The notes under the pieces: model-generated | The model's database searches: none | Told to the model about the DNA's origin: nothing | Seen by the model: the letters and a program-made list of their open reading frames with translations, nothing else | Assembly: GCA_964586235.1 (NCBI GenBank) | Contig: CAZPIO010000009.1 | Span: 36,916 to 100,915, forward strand | DNA: 64,000 bases | DNA from: an uncultured Planctomycetales bacterium | GTDB lineage: Bacteria; Planctomycetota; Phycisphaerae; UBA1845; PWPN01 | Direction: 5' to 3' | Translations under genes and position numbers: made by a program | Shown here: positions 35,474-44,643 of the stretch, piece by piece | Numbering within the stretch: the first letter of the stretch is position 1 | Layout of the letters: each line of letters begins with the position of its first letter

Positions 35474-36961
35474 CTACGGCCTCCCGGCTCTTGCTTTGGT
35501 GTACATGAGATCGTCGAAGTAGATGATCTGGTAGTTGCCGTCGATGCAAGTGGTGATGATGCCGAAGCGGTTGAAGCGCGCGCCCGCAGCGCGGTGGCCC
35601 TCGCCCAGGTCGAGCCCAGCGGATTTGTCGTCCAGTTCGACCGTGATCCGGCCACGGCCGTCGGCCGCCAGGGGGTCATACCGCAGACTCCAGCGGTGCG
35701 GGCGGCCGTCCGGAAGAATGACCGGCCCTCGACCCTGGGCGTATTCATGCCCGGCCCGGTACGCCGGGCCGAAGAGAAACCCTTCGCTGCTCGGACCCTC
35801 GACCATGACCCCGAGGAAACTCCGGGGGAGGGCCTTGCTCCCGTCGCCGGTGGTCAGGCTGTCCTCGGCGTGGAACCAGCCGAGCAGCACCGTGCTGTCG
35901 GTGATGCCGCGTCTGAGACATACCCTGCCGGACGCGGTGAGGGGCGCGTCGAGCGTCAGCGTCTCCAGCCGATCACCGTAGAAAGCCATCATATGCGGCT
36001 TGAGCGAGTCCCCGCGGAAGATCACGCCCCCCAGTTCACCCGGTGCCCCGCCGGCAAAGCTCGTCGGGCTGTAGCCGAAGTCGAACCGCGGCCGGACGAT
36101 GCAATCCTCGTACCTTCGCCGATTGCCCTGCTGGTCCCAGCCGGGGTCTCGGCTGAAATCCTCAGTCTGGCCGTTGATCGTCACGTCATCCAGAAATGTC
36201 ACCACCCGGTTGTCGGAAGATTTCGTCACGTTGAACAGACCAAATCGGTTGAACTCCGCGCCATCGTGCTTGTGTCCGGGGTCGAGCGGCATCACCACCT
36301 GGTCGCCGTCGAACGCGAATGTCACCGCCCCCTGGCCGTCGCGGGCATCGGGGTCGTAGCTGAACGACCAGCGATGGACACCGGCGATCGGAAACTCCTT
36401 CAGCTTCTTCTTGCCCGTCGCGGCGTCACGAGTGCTCAGGAAATCGCCGCCGGCCCGCCACCGGTCGGTGCAATACTCGATGTGGGCGTGCAGAACGCCG
36501 GTACGCTCATCGCCGCCGCGATCGTCGAGACGCATGGCCAGCGAATTGCGGTTCCGCCAGCCGATCGAGTTGTCAGCATTGAAGAAACCCATCAGGAAGG
36601 CGCCGCCGCCGCGCCGGTCGGGAAAAGCGACCCGGCCTGACGCGCTGAGGCGGTCCTTGAGTGTCAGTGGTCTCGGCAGACGCTGGGCATAGTAGGCCAG
36701 GTCGGCGGCGACCTGGATCGCCCCGCCGATCTCACCGGGCGCCCCGCCGGCGTGGGATGTGCCGGAACTGTAGCCGAAGTCTTGCCACGTAGTCCGGCAC
36801 GGTGTCTTGTCAGTGCGGTTGTTTTGGCCGTCCCAATGGGGATCGGCGCTGAAGTCCTGACGCGCCTGCATCGGATCACCCTCGGCACGGGCGAAACCCC
36901 CCGCCAACAAGACCAGAGCCGCGCTAACGACGGCCGGTCGCCCAGCACAACTCATCCGCAT
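35474..36961 (-). CDS. secreted protein made of two tandem ~220-aa repeats of an unknown domain
   Basis: ATG 36961 with GAGGAG 6 nt upstream. Signal peptide MRMSCAGRPAVVSAALVLLAGGFARA. Repeat 1 (36170-36844) and repeat 2 (35498-36148) share DP-WD-NR...DFGYS...AGGAPGE-GG...LTL...ASGRV...HRWS--YDP-A-DG-G...GH--GA-FNRFG...DD. Confidence 0.75.
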   Translation of the reverse strand: MRMSCAGRPAVVSAALVLLAGGFARAEGDPMQARQDFSADPHWDGQNNRTDKTPCRTTWQDFGYSSGTSHAGGAPGEIGGAIQVAADLAYYAQRLPRPLTLKDRLSASGRVAFPDRRGGGAFLMGFFNADNSIGWRNRNSLAMRLDDRGGDERTGVLHAHIEYCTDRWRAGGDFLSTRDAATGKKKLKEFPIAGVHRWSFSYDPDARDGQGAVTFAFDGDQVVMPLDPGHKHDGAEFNRFGLFNVTKSSDNRVVTFLDDVTINGQTEDFSRDPGWDQQGNRRRYEDCIVRPRFDFGYSPTSFAGGAPGELGGVIFRGDSLKPHMMAFYGDRLETLTLDAPLTASGRVCLRRGITDSTVLLGWFHAEDSLTTGDGSKALPRSFLGVMVEGPSSEGFLFGPAYRAGHEYAQGRGPVILPDGRPHRWSLRYDPLAADGRGRITVELDDKSAGLDLGEGHRAAGARFNRFGIITTCIDGNYQIIYFDDLMYTKARAGRP

Positions 36962-37146
36962 GCGTTTCTCCTCGCTCACACCTGTTTCCGCCTCCCCATT
37001 ATCGTTGTTTCCCTCCACCGATCAACCGCTATGACCCGCCGTTGGCAGGTGTTCGCGCACGGCCGGCGGTCGCCGTGGACGGCCTGGTTGTCCGGCGATC
37101 AGCAGTTGCGCATTTCCGGCGAGTTGGCTGCTTAGAACATGCCCGC

Positions 37147-38778
37147 TTACCCCTCGGCCATGTACGGGTACCGGAAGTCGGTCGGGGGCAGAAACGTCTC
37201 CTTGATCGTCCTGGGCGAGACCCACCGTTCGAGGTTAAGCCAGCTTCCGGCCTTGTCGTTCGTCCCCGACGCCCGGGCCCCGCCGAAGGGCTGCTGGCCC
37301 ACAACCGCGCCCGTCGGCTTGTCGTTGACGTAGAAGTTGCCCGCGGCATGACGAAGCTGGTCCATCGCCTTGACGATCGCCCGCCGGTCGGTACTGAAGA
37401 TTGAGCCGGTCAGGGCATAAGGCGAGGTCCGGTCGCAGAGCACGAGCGTTTCGTCATACTTCGATTCGGGATAGACATGGACCGTCAGCACCGGTCCGAA
37501 GACCTCCTCCTGCATGAGCCTGGACTTGGGATCCTTGCTCAGCACCACGGTCGGCTGGATGAAATAACCCTTCGAGTTGTCGCACTTGCCGCCGGTGAGG
37601 ATCTCCATGTCCGCGTTCGACTTGGCGAATTCGATGTACTCGGTGATGGTCTTGAACGCGTTCGCATCGATGACCGCGCCCATGAAGCTTCGGAAATCGG
37701 CGACGTCGCCCATTCTGATCTCACCGATCTCGCCGAGCAGGCGGTCCTTGACCCTGGGCCAGATCGAATCGGGCACGTAGGTCCGCGAGGCCGCCGAGCA
37801 CTTCTGACCCTGGTACTCGAACGCCCCGCGAACCAGCGCCGCGACCAGCGCGTCCACGTCGGCGCTCGCATGGGCGAAGATGAAATCCTTGCCCCCGGTC
37901 TCACCGACGATGCGCGGATAGGAGTAGTACTTGCGGATGTCCGACCCGACCGCCAGCCAGATGGTCGAAAACACGTAGGTGCTGCCGGTGAAGTGAATTC
38001 CGCCGAGATCCAGGTGGTTCAGGGCCGGCGGGGCCACCACCGGGCCGGGGCCGGGCACCATGTTGATCACGCCCGCCGGCATGCCCGCTTCCTGCAGAAT
38101 CTTCATGATGAAGTATGCCGGCAGTACCGCGCTGGAGGCCGGCTTCCACACGACCGTGTTGCCCATCAGCGCCGGGGCGGTCGGCAGGTTCCCGGCGATC
38201 GACGTGAAGTTGAACGGCGTCAGCGCAAGCACAAAACCCTCCAGCGGCCGGTGCTCCATGTAGTTCATCATGCCCGGCGACGAAAGCGGCTGGTCGCCGT
38301 ACACTTCCTCCATGAAATGCGGGTTGAACCGCCAGAAGTCGATCAGTTCACACGCTGAGTCGATCTCCGCCTGGTGCGGCGTCTTGCTCATGTTCAGCAT
38401 GGTGGCCGCGTTGAGCGTCGCGCGGTATTTGCCCGCCAGCAGGTCCGCGGCCTTGAGCAGGATCACCGCTCGCGCATCCCACGGCATCCGCGACCACTCC
38501 TTCTTGGCGGCGTTGGCCGCGGCAATCGCTTGGTGCACGTGCTGCTCGTCAGCCTTGTGGTACTCGCCGAGCACGTGGTGATGGTCGTGCGGGCACACCA
38601 TCTTCGCAAGGTCGCCGTTGCGAACCTCCTTGCCCCCGATGATCATCGGGACCTCGATTCGCTGGCCGAGCAGCTCACCGAGTTTGGCTTTCAGCGCCGC
38701 CCGTTCCGGCGTGCCGGGAGCATAGCTGCGAATCGGTTCGTTGGCCGGCTGCGGGACCTTGAAAATGCCGTTGAACAT
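37147..38778 (-). CDS. pruA: L-glutamate gamma-semialdehyde (1-pyrroline-5-carboxylate) dehydrogenase
   Basis: ATG 38778 with AAGGAGG 5 nt upstream; the track ORF extends to 38997. The 543-aa aldehyde-dehydrogenase-family protein starts MFNGIFKVPQPANEPIRSYAPGTPERAALKAKL. It carries the ALDH motifs VGETGGKDF and FEYQGQKCSAASR. Confidence 0.9.
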   Translation of the reverse strand: MFNGIFKVPQPANEPIRSYAPGTPERAALKAKLGELLGQRIEVPMIIGGKEVRNGDLAKMVCPHDHHHVLGEYHKADEQHVHQAIAAANAAKKEWSRMPWDARAVILLKAADLLAGKYRATLNAATMLNMSKTPHQAEIDSACELIDFWRFNPHFMEEVYGDQPLSSPGMMNYMEHRPLEGFVLALTPFNFTSIAGNLPTAPALMGNTVVWKPASSAVLPAYFIMKILQEAGMPAGVINMVPGPGPVVAPPALNHLDLGGIHFTGSTYVFSTIWLAVGSDIRKYYSYPRIVGETGGKDFIFAHASADVDALVAALVRGAFEYQGQKCSAASRTYVPDSIWPRVKDRLLGEIGEIRMGDVADFRSFMGAVIDANAFKTITEYIEFAKSNADMEILTGGKCDNSKGYFIQPTVVLSKDPKSRLMQEEVFGPVLTVHVYPESKYDETLVLCDRTSPYALTGSIFSTDRRAIVKAMDQLRHAAGNFYVNDKPTGAVVGQQPFGGARASGTNDKAGSWLNLERWVSPRTIKETFLPPTDFRYPYMAEG

Positions 38779-39068
38779 GACTGCCTCCTTCGGAAAAGAT
38801 GAACTGCGAGAGCGCCCTCGTTGCCAGTATCGCCACCTCTGACGGGAACACCCGTCATGGTCACAAATGACTTGAGCATCGTGCGAGTCCGGCCGAAGCG
38901 AGCATCGCTGCCTCGGCCCCGCCGGCGCGGACCGGAAAAGATGAAGGGCCGTCCGGCGGCAACCGACCACTGATCTGACGGGCGTCATGATAACCACACT
39001 GGTCGGTGCGAGGAAGCCTCAGGCGGGTTACAGCGGCGGCCGGACGATCGGAGGCACAGAGTACGGGT

Positions 39069-39737
39069 TCAGGAGCCGGCCAGGCGGAGAATCTCGCCGA
39101 CCAGACCCTCGATCCCCTCGAACACCTCCGCCGGGCCCTTGCCCAGCATGTAAGCGGGGGTGGTGACCACCCGGTGCGCGGAGTCAACCACGAACGACGT
39201 GCAGGGGCAACTATGGTGCTGGAGGCCCATTTTCTCTATTGCGGCGGCCGTCTGGGAGTCTGTCCCGATCGTCACGCTGGCCGCGAGCCCGCGCTTGCCC
39301 AGGACGCGCGCCAGCATGGCCGGGGCAATGCAGACCGCCCCCACCGGCTTGCCGGCGTCGATCATCTCCCCGACCAGGCGTTCGACCTCGGGATGAACGG
39401 TGCAGCCCGCGCCGTCAACGGCAAACGAGCACAGATTCCTCGCCGCCCCGAGCCCACCCGGAAAGATCAGGGCGTCGACGTCCCGGGCGTGCACATTGGC
39501 GAGGTCCTGGATTTCGCCCCGGGCGATCCGGGCAGCCTCCACCAGGGCGTTGCGGCGCTCGCCCAGGGCCGGCTTGTGCGTCAGGTGGTTGACCACGACG
39601 GCCTGATCCATGTTCGGGGCGCAGCACAGGTATTTGGCCCCGGCCCTGTCCAGGGCCAGCAGCGTCAGCACCGCCTCGTGGATCTCCGAGCCATCGAAAA
39701 CACCGCAACCGGACAGACAAACCGCAACTTTAGCCAT
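39069..39737 (-). CDS. elbB: DJ-1/PfpI-family isoprenoid biosynthesis glyoxalase ElbB
   Basis: ATG 39737 with GGAGG 9 nt upstream. The sequences MAKVAVCLSGCGVFDGSEIHEAVLTLLALDRAGA and ...ALIFPGGLGAARNL...KPVGAVCIAPA are typical of ElbB. Confidence 0.85.
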   Translation of the reverse strand: MAKVAVCLSGCGVFDGSEIHEAVLTLLALDRAGAKYLCCAPNMDQAVVVNHLTHKPALGERRNALVEAARIARGEIQDLANVHARDVDALIFPGGLGAARNLCSFAVDGAGCTVHPEVERLVGEMIDAGKPVGAVCIAPAMLARVLGKRGLAASVTIGTDSQTAAAIEKMGLQHHSCPCTSFVVDSAHRVVTTPAYMLGKGPAEVFEGIEGLVGEILRLAGS

Positions 39738-39838
39738 GGCCTGTTGCCTCCAGCGAACCACAACAGATCGACTATCACGCTCCAACCATCGCGGTTGCGT
39801 TCATTCGCCGCATAAGCCGTGGGCCGCCCGCACAGTTG

Positions 39839-39873
39839 GCTAACAGCTAATAGCTAAGAGCTGTAAGCTTATT
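39839..39873. repeat. heptanucleotide-periodic GCTNNNN x5 element giving stops in all six frames
   Basis: The sequence is GCTAACA GCTAATA GCTAAGA GCTGTAA GCTTATT. TAA occurs at 39841, 39848 and 39855, covering three plus frames. CTA (TAG on the minus strand) occurs at 39840, 39847 and 39854, covering three minus frames. It also contains the 6-bp inverted repeat ACAGCT/AGCTGT. Confidence 0.6.
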
Positions 39874-39874
39874 T

Positions 39875-40982
39875 TTACTTCTTTTTACTGGCCCTCCGGC
39901 GCAGTTCGGCCTCGATGAACATCTGCAGGTCGCCGTCCAGGACGCGTTCGACGTTCCCGGTCTCGACGCCGTTGCGATGATCCTTGACCCGCCGGTCATC
40001 CAGCACGTAGCTGCGAATCTGGTTGCCCCAGGCAACTTCGCCCCTGTCACCGTAAAGGCTCTCCATCTCCTTGTCGCGCTCGGATTGTTTGAGGGTCTCG
40101 ATCTTGGACTGCAGGATCGACAGGGCCATCCGCTTGTTCTGCTGCTGGCTGCGCTCGTTCACGCATTCGACGATGACGTTCGTCGGTATGTGGCGGACAC
40201 GAACGGCGGTGGCCACCTTGTTGACGTTCTGGCCGCCCGCGCCGCTGGACCGCCGGAAGAACACGACGTCCAGTTCTTCCTCCCTCAGTTCAATATCGAG
40301 GTCTTCCAGGACGGGCAGCACGTCCACGGCCGCGAAGCTGGTGTGCCGCCGCTTGTTGGCGTCGAACGGGCTGATGCGCACCAGGCGGTGAACGCCCCGC
40401 TCGCACGACAGGTAGCCCATGGCATAGTAGCCGCTCACCTTCAGGGTGATGCTGCGGATGCCGGCCTCCTCGCCGTCGGTGCGGGCCAGTTCCTCCACCT
40501 TGTAGTTGTTCTCCTCGAAGTAGCGGAGGTACATGCGAAGGAGCATCTCCGCCCAGTCGCAGGCCTCCGTGCCGCCGGCCCCGGCCTGGATGCTGAAGAA
40601 GCAGTCGCAGGCGTCGTTCTTGCCGGACAGCAGCGCCATCAGCTCGACGCGCTCCAGTTGCTGCTGAATCACGCCCAATTCCTTGTCGAGCTCCTCAAAA
40701 GACGCGGCGTCGTTGGCCTCCTTGGCCAGTTCGAGCAGGGCCTCCGCATCCTCGTCCCTGGCCAGCAGCGCCTGGACCGGCTCAACCAGACCCTTGAGGG
40801 CCTTCAATTCGCGCACCACCTCGCGGGCCCGCTCCGGGACATCCCAGAAACCGGGCTTGGCCATGATTTCTTCAAGTTCGGAGAGCCGCCTGATCTTGCC
40901 GGGCAAGTCAAAGAGAGTCCCGTATCGTGATGACACGGGTCGAGAGGTCCTTCAGGGTGCCGGCGGGGTCTTCGTATCGCAT
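39875..40982 (-). CDS. prfB: peptide chain release factor 2, requires programmed +1 frameshift
   Basis: Two overlapping minus-strand frames. Frame 0 runs 40982..40911 (MRYEDPAGTLKDLSTRVITIRDSL) and ends in TGA. The +1 frame continues at 40909..39875 (DLPGKIRRLSELEE...). The protein contains the SPF motif (RISPFD) and the GGQ motif (SGAGGQNVNKV). Confidence 0.9.
40907..40913 (-). other. prfB +1 ribosomal frameshift site CTT TGA C
   Basis: The minus strand reads ...CGG GAC TCT CTT TGA CTT GCC. The slippery CTT is followed by an in-frame TGA and then C, exactly as in the classical RF2 autoregulatory site. Confidence 0.85.
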
Positions 40983-41216
40983 GGTCTGTGTCCTCTCTGC
41001 GGCGTCCGAGCCGCGAGCAAGCTGCTTGACTATACCCCCCGGGCCGGACGGGGACAACTCACCCTGTCCCGGAGCATCCTCAGGGTCCATGACAGCCAAC
41101 GAGTAGGCATGAGGGGACGGATGTCGTAGAATGACCGCGCGCGGCCCCGCGGAGTAGCTGGGCAGGATCAGCCGGGAGGCATCGAGTCCCTCCATCTCCA
41201 GAGACGATCGCGCTCT

Positions 41217-43196
41217 ATGTCTTCAGACCAAACCCACGAGGTCGTGTCCCCCCACCCGGAGCAACGGACTCTTGCGCATTCCGCTTCCCAAACCGCGCAC
41301 CGCAATGGGCCTCAGCTCGGGCGGGCATCGCTGGCCGCGCTGTCGCTCGGCGCGATCGGCGTGGTCTACGGCGACATCGGCACCTCACCCCTCTATGCCC
41401 TGAGGGAGTGCTTCCACCCCCTGTTCGGGGTCGAGGCCGAGCCGCGCAATGTGTTCGGCTTGCTGTCGCTCTTCTTCTGGGCGCTGACCCTGGTGGTGGT
41501 CGTCAAGTACATCGGATTCGTGCTGCGAGCGGACAACCGGGGCGAGGGCGGCGTCCTGTCGCTAATGGCCCTGGCCGTGCCTCAGAGTGCAAAACCGGCA
41601 AGCCTGATGTCCAAGGCGGGGATCGCGATCGGCCTGGGGCTGTTCGGGTCGGCCCTGCTGTTCGCCGAGGGCTTGATCACGCCCGCAATTTCAGTCCTCG
41701 GTGCGGTCGAAGGACTGGGGGTCTCCACCCCGGCGTTCAAACCGTTCCTCGTGCCGATCGCGCTGGTCATCCTGATCGCGCTGTTCCTGGTCCAGAGACA
41801 CGGAACGGGACTCGTGGGGACGATGTTCGGCCCGGTGATGCTGATATGGTTCATTACCATCGCGGCGCTGGGGCTGTGGTGGATCGCGAAAGAGCCCGCC
41901 GTATTGACGGCCGTTAACCCCTGGTATGCCATCCGTCATTTCATCGAGCACGGCTGGCATGGGTTCCTCGTGCTGGGGGCCGTGGTCCTGTGCATCACCG
42001 GGACCGAAGCGTTGTACGCGGATCTGGGCCACTTTGGGCGAAATCCTATTCGGCTGGCGTGGTACACCGTGGTGTTCCCTGCTCTGCTGCTGAACTACTT
42101 CGGGCAGGGCGCCGTGGTAATCCACACACACGGAGATGCGAAGGAGAATCCATTTTACGCGATGGCCACGGGGTACTTGCACTATCCGCTGGTCGTCATC
42201 GCCACGTTGGCGGCCGTCATCGCCTCGCAAGCCCTGATTTCCGGGGCTTTTTCAATCGCCCGACAGGCGGTGCAACTCGGTTACTGTCCCCGGTTGACCG
42301 TGGTGCATACCTCAAGCCGGAAGATCGGCCAGATCTTTGTCCCCGGGATCAATGGCACGCTGATGATCGCCTGCTGCGGGCTGGTGCTGGCTTTCGGGGA
42401 CTCCTCCCGGCTGGCGGCGGCCTACGGCGTCGCCGTCGTCGGGACCATGGCCATCACGTCAATGCTCTTCTTCGCGATGGCCCACCGGCATTGGGGCTGG
42501 AGCCTGCCCAAGGCCGGGGCGCTGGCTGCGGTGTTCCTGGCCATCGATCTGACTTTCCTCACCCCTAATCTGACCAAGCTCTTCCACGGAGGCTGGTTCC
42601 CGCTGTTTGTCGCCGCGGGAGTGTTCGGGCTGATGACGACATGGAAGCGCGGGCGATCACTCCTGGGGGAGTCCCTGGCCAAAGCCCGGTTGCCGCTCGA
42701 CATCTTCCTGCGGAACTTGGCCGGCGCAGCTCAGACCGTTCGCGTACCCGGAACGGCCGTATTCATGACCTCCGATCCGACGGGCACGCCGGTCGTGCTC
42801 ATGCACCATTTCAAGCACAACAAGGTGCTGCATGAACGCGTCATCCTGCTGAGCGTCTCGACGGAGGAGATGCCGACGGTGCCCCCTGCGTCTCGGGCCC
42901 AGGTAAATGACCTGGGGCAGGGATTCTTCCAGGTCAGAGCCGTCTACGGCTACATGCAGACGCCAAGTGTGGCGGACATCTTTCGCTGCTGTGAGCCGGC
43001 CGGCCTGAAAGCGGATCCCGCGCAGGTGAGCTTCTACCTGGGGCGAGAGACCCTGATCACTACACGCAAACCGGGCATGTCGCATTGGCGCAAGACCTTG
43101 TTCTCGCTGATGTCACGCAATGCCCTCTCGGCGGTCGCCTATTTCGGCATCCCGCCCAATCGCGTCGTGGAACTGGGTACGCAGATCGAATTGTGA
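41217..43196 (+). CDS. kup: KUP/HAK/KT potassium uptake transporter
   Basis: A 659-aa polytopic protein with the family signature GVVYGDIGTSPLYALRECF and a C-terminal cytoplasmic domain (...VPGTAVFMTSDPTGTPVVLMHHFKHNKVLHE...). Confidence 0.95.
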   Translation: MSSDQTHEVVSPHPEQRTLAHSASQTAHRNGPQLGRASLAALSLGAIGVVYGDIGTSPLYALRECFHPLFGVEAEPRNVFGLLSLFFWALTLVVVVKYIGFVLRADNRGEGGVLSLMALAVPQSAKPASLMSKAGIAIGLGLFGSALLFAEGLITPAISVLGAVEGLGVSTPAFKPFLVPIALVILIALFLVQRHGTGLVGTMFGPVMLIWFITIAALGLWWIAKEPAVLTAVNPWYAIRHFIEHGWHGFLVLGAVVLCITGTEALYADLGHFGRNPIRLAWYTVVFPALLLNYFGQGAVVIHTHGDAKENPFYAMATGYLHYPLVVIATLAAVIASQALISGAFSIARQAVQLGYCPRLTVVHTSSRKIGQIFVPGINGTLMIACCGLVLAFGDSSRLAAAYGVAVVGTMAITSMLFFAMAHRHWGWSLPKAGALAAVFLAIDLTFLTPNLTKLFHGGWFPLFVAAGVFGLMTTWKRGRSLLGESLAKARLPLDIFLRNLAGAAQTVRVPGTAVFMTSDPTGTPVVLMHHFKHNKVLHERVILLSVSTEEMPTVPPASRAQVNDLGQGFFQVRAVYGYMQTPSVADIFRCCEPAGLKADPAQVSFYLGRETLITTRKPGMSHWRKTLFSLMSRNALSAVAYFGIPPNRVVELGTQIEL

Positions 43197-43258
43197 GGGC
43201 CACCACGGTGCGCTGCACGACCGCAGCATCCGACATCACGGCCGCCGCCCGGCATCGA

Positions 43259-43663
43259 TCAGTAGAACCGGTACTTAATAAGGAAGATCGTGAAGTTGCG
43301 GGCGTTCATCTTGCCCTCGTGGACGCCGGCTACGGTTCGATCCGGGCGGTAGACCACAAAAGTGGGGATGGTCTGGATGCCCAGTTCCTTGGCGAGCTTC
43401 CCGTGAAGAACGTATTCCAGGCGGACGGGCACGAAAGACTTGAGAACGTCCTGGACGTCCGGGTCTTCAAAGACGTCCCTGTCCATCTCTATGCAATCGG
43501 GGCTGGCAACCGAGCTGAACATGACCAGGGCCGGCCGTCGCTCGTTCGCCGCCCTGGACAAACCCGGTTCGAGGCTGCTTTCCCAGCGAACCGGACCACA
43601 GCCGGCCACACAGCCCACCGACGACAGCAGCACCGCACCGACAACTCGCCTGGTGTTGATCAT
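43259..43663 (-). CDS. thioredoxin-fold lipoprotein with SxxC (monothiol) motif
   Basis: Its ATG (43663-43661) overlaps the TGA of the upstream gene as ATGA. The signal peptide with lipobox is MINTRRVVGAVLLSSVGCVAGC. The thioredoxin-like pattern is PALVMFSSVASPDCIEMDRDVF ... IQTIPTFVVY. Confidence 0.7.
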   Translation of the reverse strand: MINTRRVVGAVLLSSVGCVAGCGPVRWESSLEPGLSRAANERRPALVMFSSVASPDCIEMDRDVFEDPDVQDVLKSFVPVRLEYVLHGKLAKELGIQTIPTFVVYRPDRTVAGVHEGKMNARNFTIFLIKYRFY

Positions 43664-44487
43664 GGCAACCTCTCATCGCGCCTTTGACGACCTTTGAACA
43701 CCGCCAACGACTCGATCCCCTGCTGCTTGAGCCTGTCGGCTGCCTCCGCAATGCCCAGGGCGACGTGCTCGGGACGGTGTGCGTCGCTGCCCAGGGTCAT
43801 GGCCCGGCCGCCCAGTTCGGCATAGCGGACAACCACCCAGTCCGCCGGGCAGGGCTCGGGCAAGGACTGGCGCAGCGTGCTGAGGTTGACCTCGGGCACC
43901 AGATCGGCCTCAATGCAGGTGCGGAGAATCTCGTCCACCAGCTCAGCGCAGGAGCGGACGTCAAACTGCTCAAAGTATCGCTGTGTGTAGCGCTTCACCA
44001 GGTCGAGGTGGCCGAGCACGTCGAAGGGTCTGAGCCCCCGCCGCTTGAGATCAAGGACGAAGCGGGCGGCATCCAGGACCGCTTCAAGATACTGCCTTGT
44101 ACCCGTGGCGGCATCGAGGCCGGCCCAGTGGTCCCGCTCGTGCAGAGCTTTGCCCTTGAACCAGTGCACGCTCAGCAGAACCAGATCGAAGCGGTGCGAA
44201 TCCAGGAAGCCGAGGATCTTGTCCATCTGCTCGGGCTGGTAGCAGATCTCGATGCCATGGCCAATGAACAAACGGTCGCCAAAGCGGGCCTGCAGATCTC
44301 TGACCGCCGAGGCGATCGCCTCATAGTCATATCTGCAGAGCGGCCACTCGGTGGGATGACTGTCGAAATGATCGGTGAACGTCACGCCCGCCATCCCGAG
44401 CTCGACGGCACGCCGGACGTTCTCGGCCGGGTCGGATTGAGAGTCGACTGAGAACCAGGTGTGCAGATGCTGATCGTACAAAGCCAA
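43660..44487 (-). CDS. PHP-family histidinol-phosphatase-like hydrolase
   Basis: TTG start at 44487. The N-terminal metal-binding motif is LYDQHLHTWFSVDS. Later PHP motifs include TDHFD, HGIEI, SVHW, GHLD and GSDAH. Confidence 0.75.
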   Translation of the reverse strand: MALYDQHLHTWFSVDSQSDPAENVRRAVELGMAGVTFTDHFDSHPTEWPLCRYDYEAIASAVRDLQARFGDRLFIGHGIEICYQPEQMDKILGFLDSHRFDLVLLSVHWFKGKALHERDHWAGLDAATGTRQYLEAVLDAARFVLDLKRRGLRPFDVLGHLDLVKRYTQRYFEQFDVRSCAELVDEILRTCIEADLVPEVNLSTLRQSLPEPCPADWVVVRYAELGGRAMTLGSDAHRPEHVALGIAEAADRLKQQGIESLAVFKGRQRRDERLP

Positions 44488-44643
44488 GGGTCACCGATCC
44501 TTACACTTCCAGACTCAACGGACAGTCTATCGGCCGACATCGCCCATCACAACCGCAGGCGACGCGCCTTTCACCTCTGAGAGCCTTTCTGCGGCTCCCT
44601 GGAACGCGGAAACGGGAACGATTATACTGCCGGCCATCGAACT

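Noticed and set aside
40983-41216. Two GGGGAC motifs upstream of kup, suggesting a ydaO-type c-di-AMP riboswitch
   Set aside because: The conserved 3' half of that riboswitch (the CAGCTAACC-TCGTAAGC-like element) and its pseudo-symmetric helices are not present. I found only short local hairpins.
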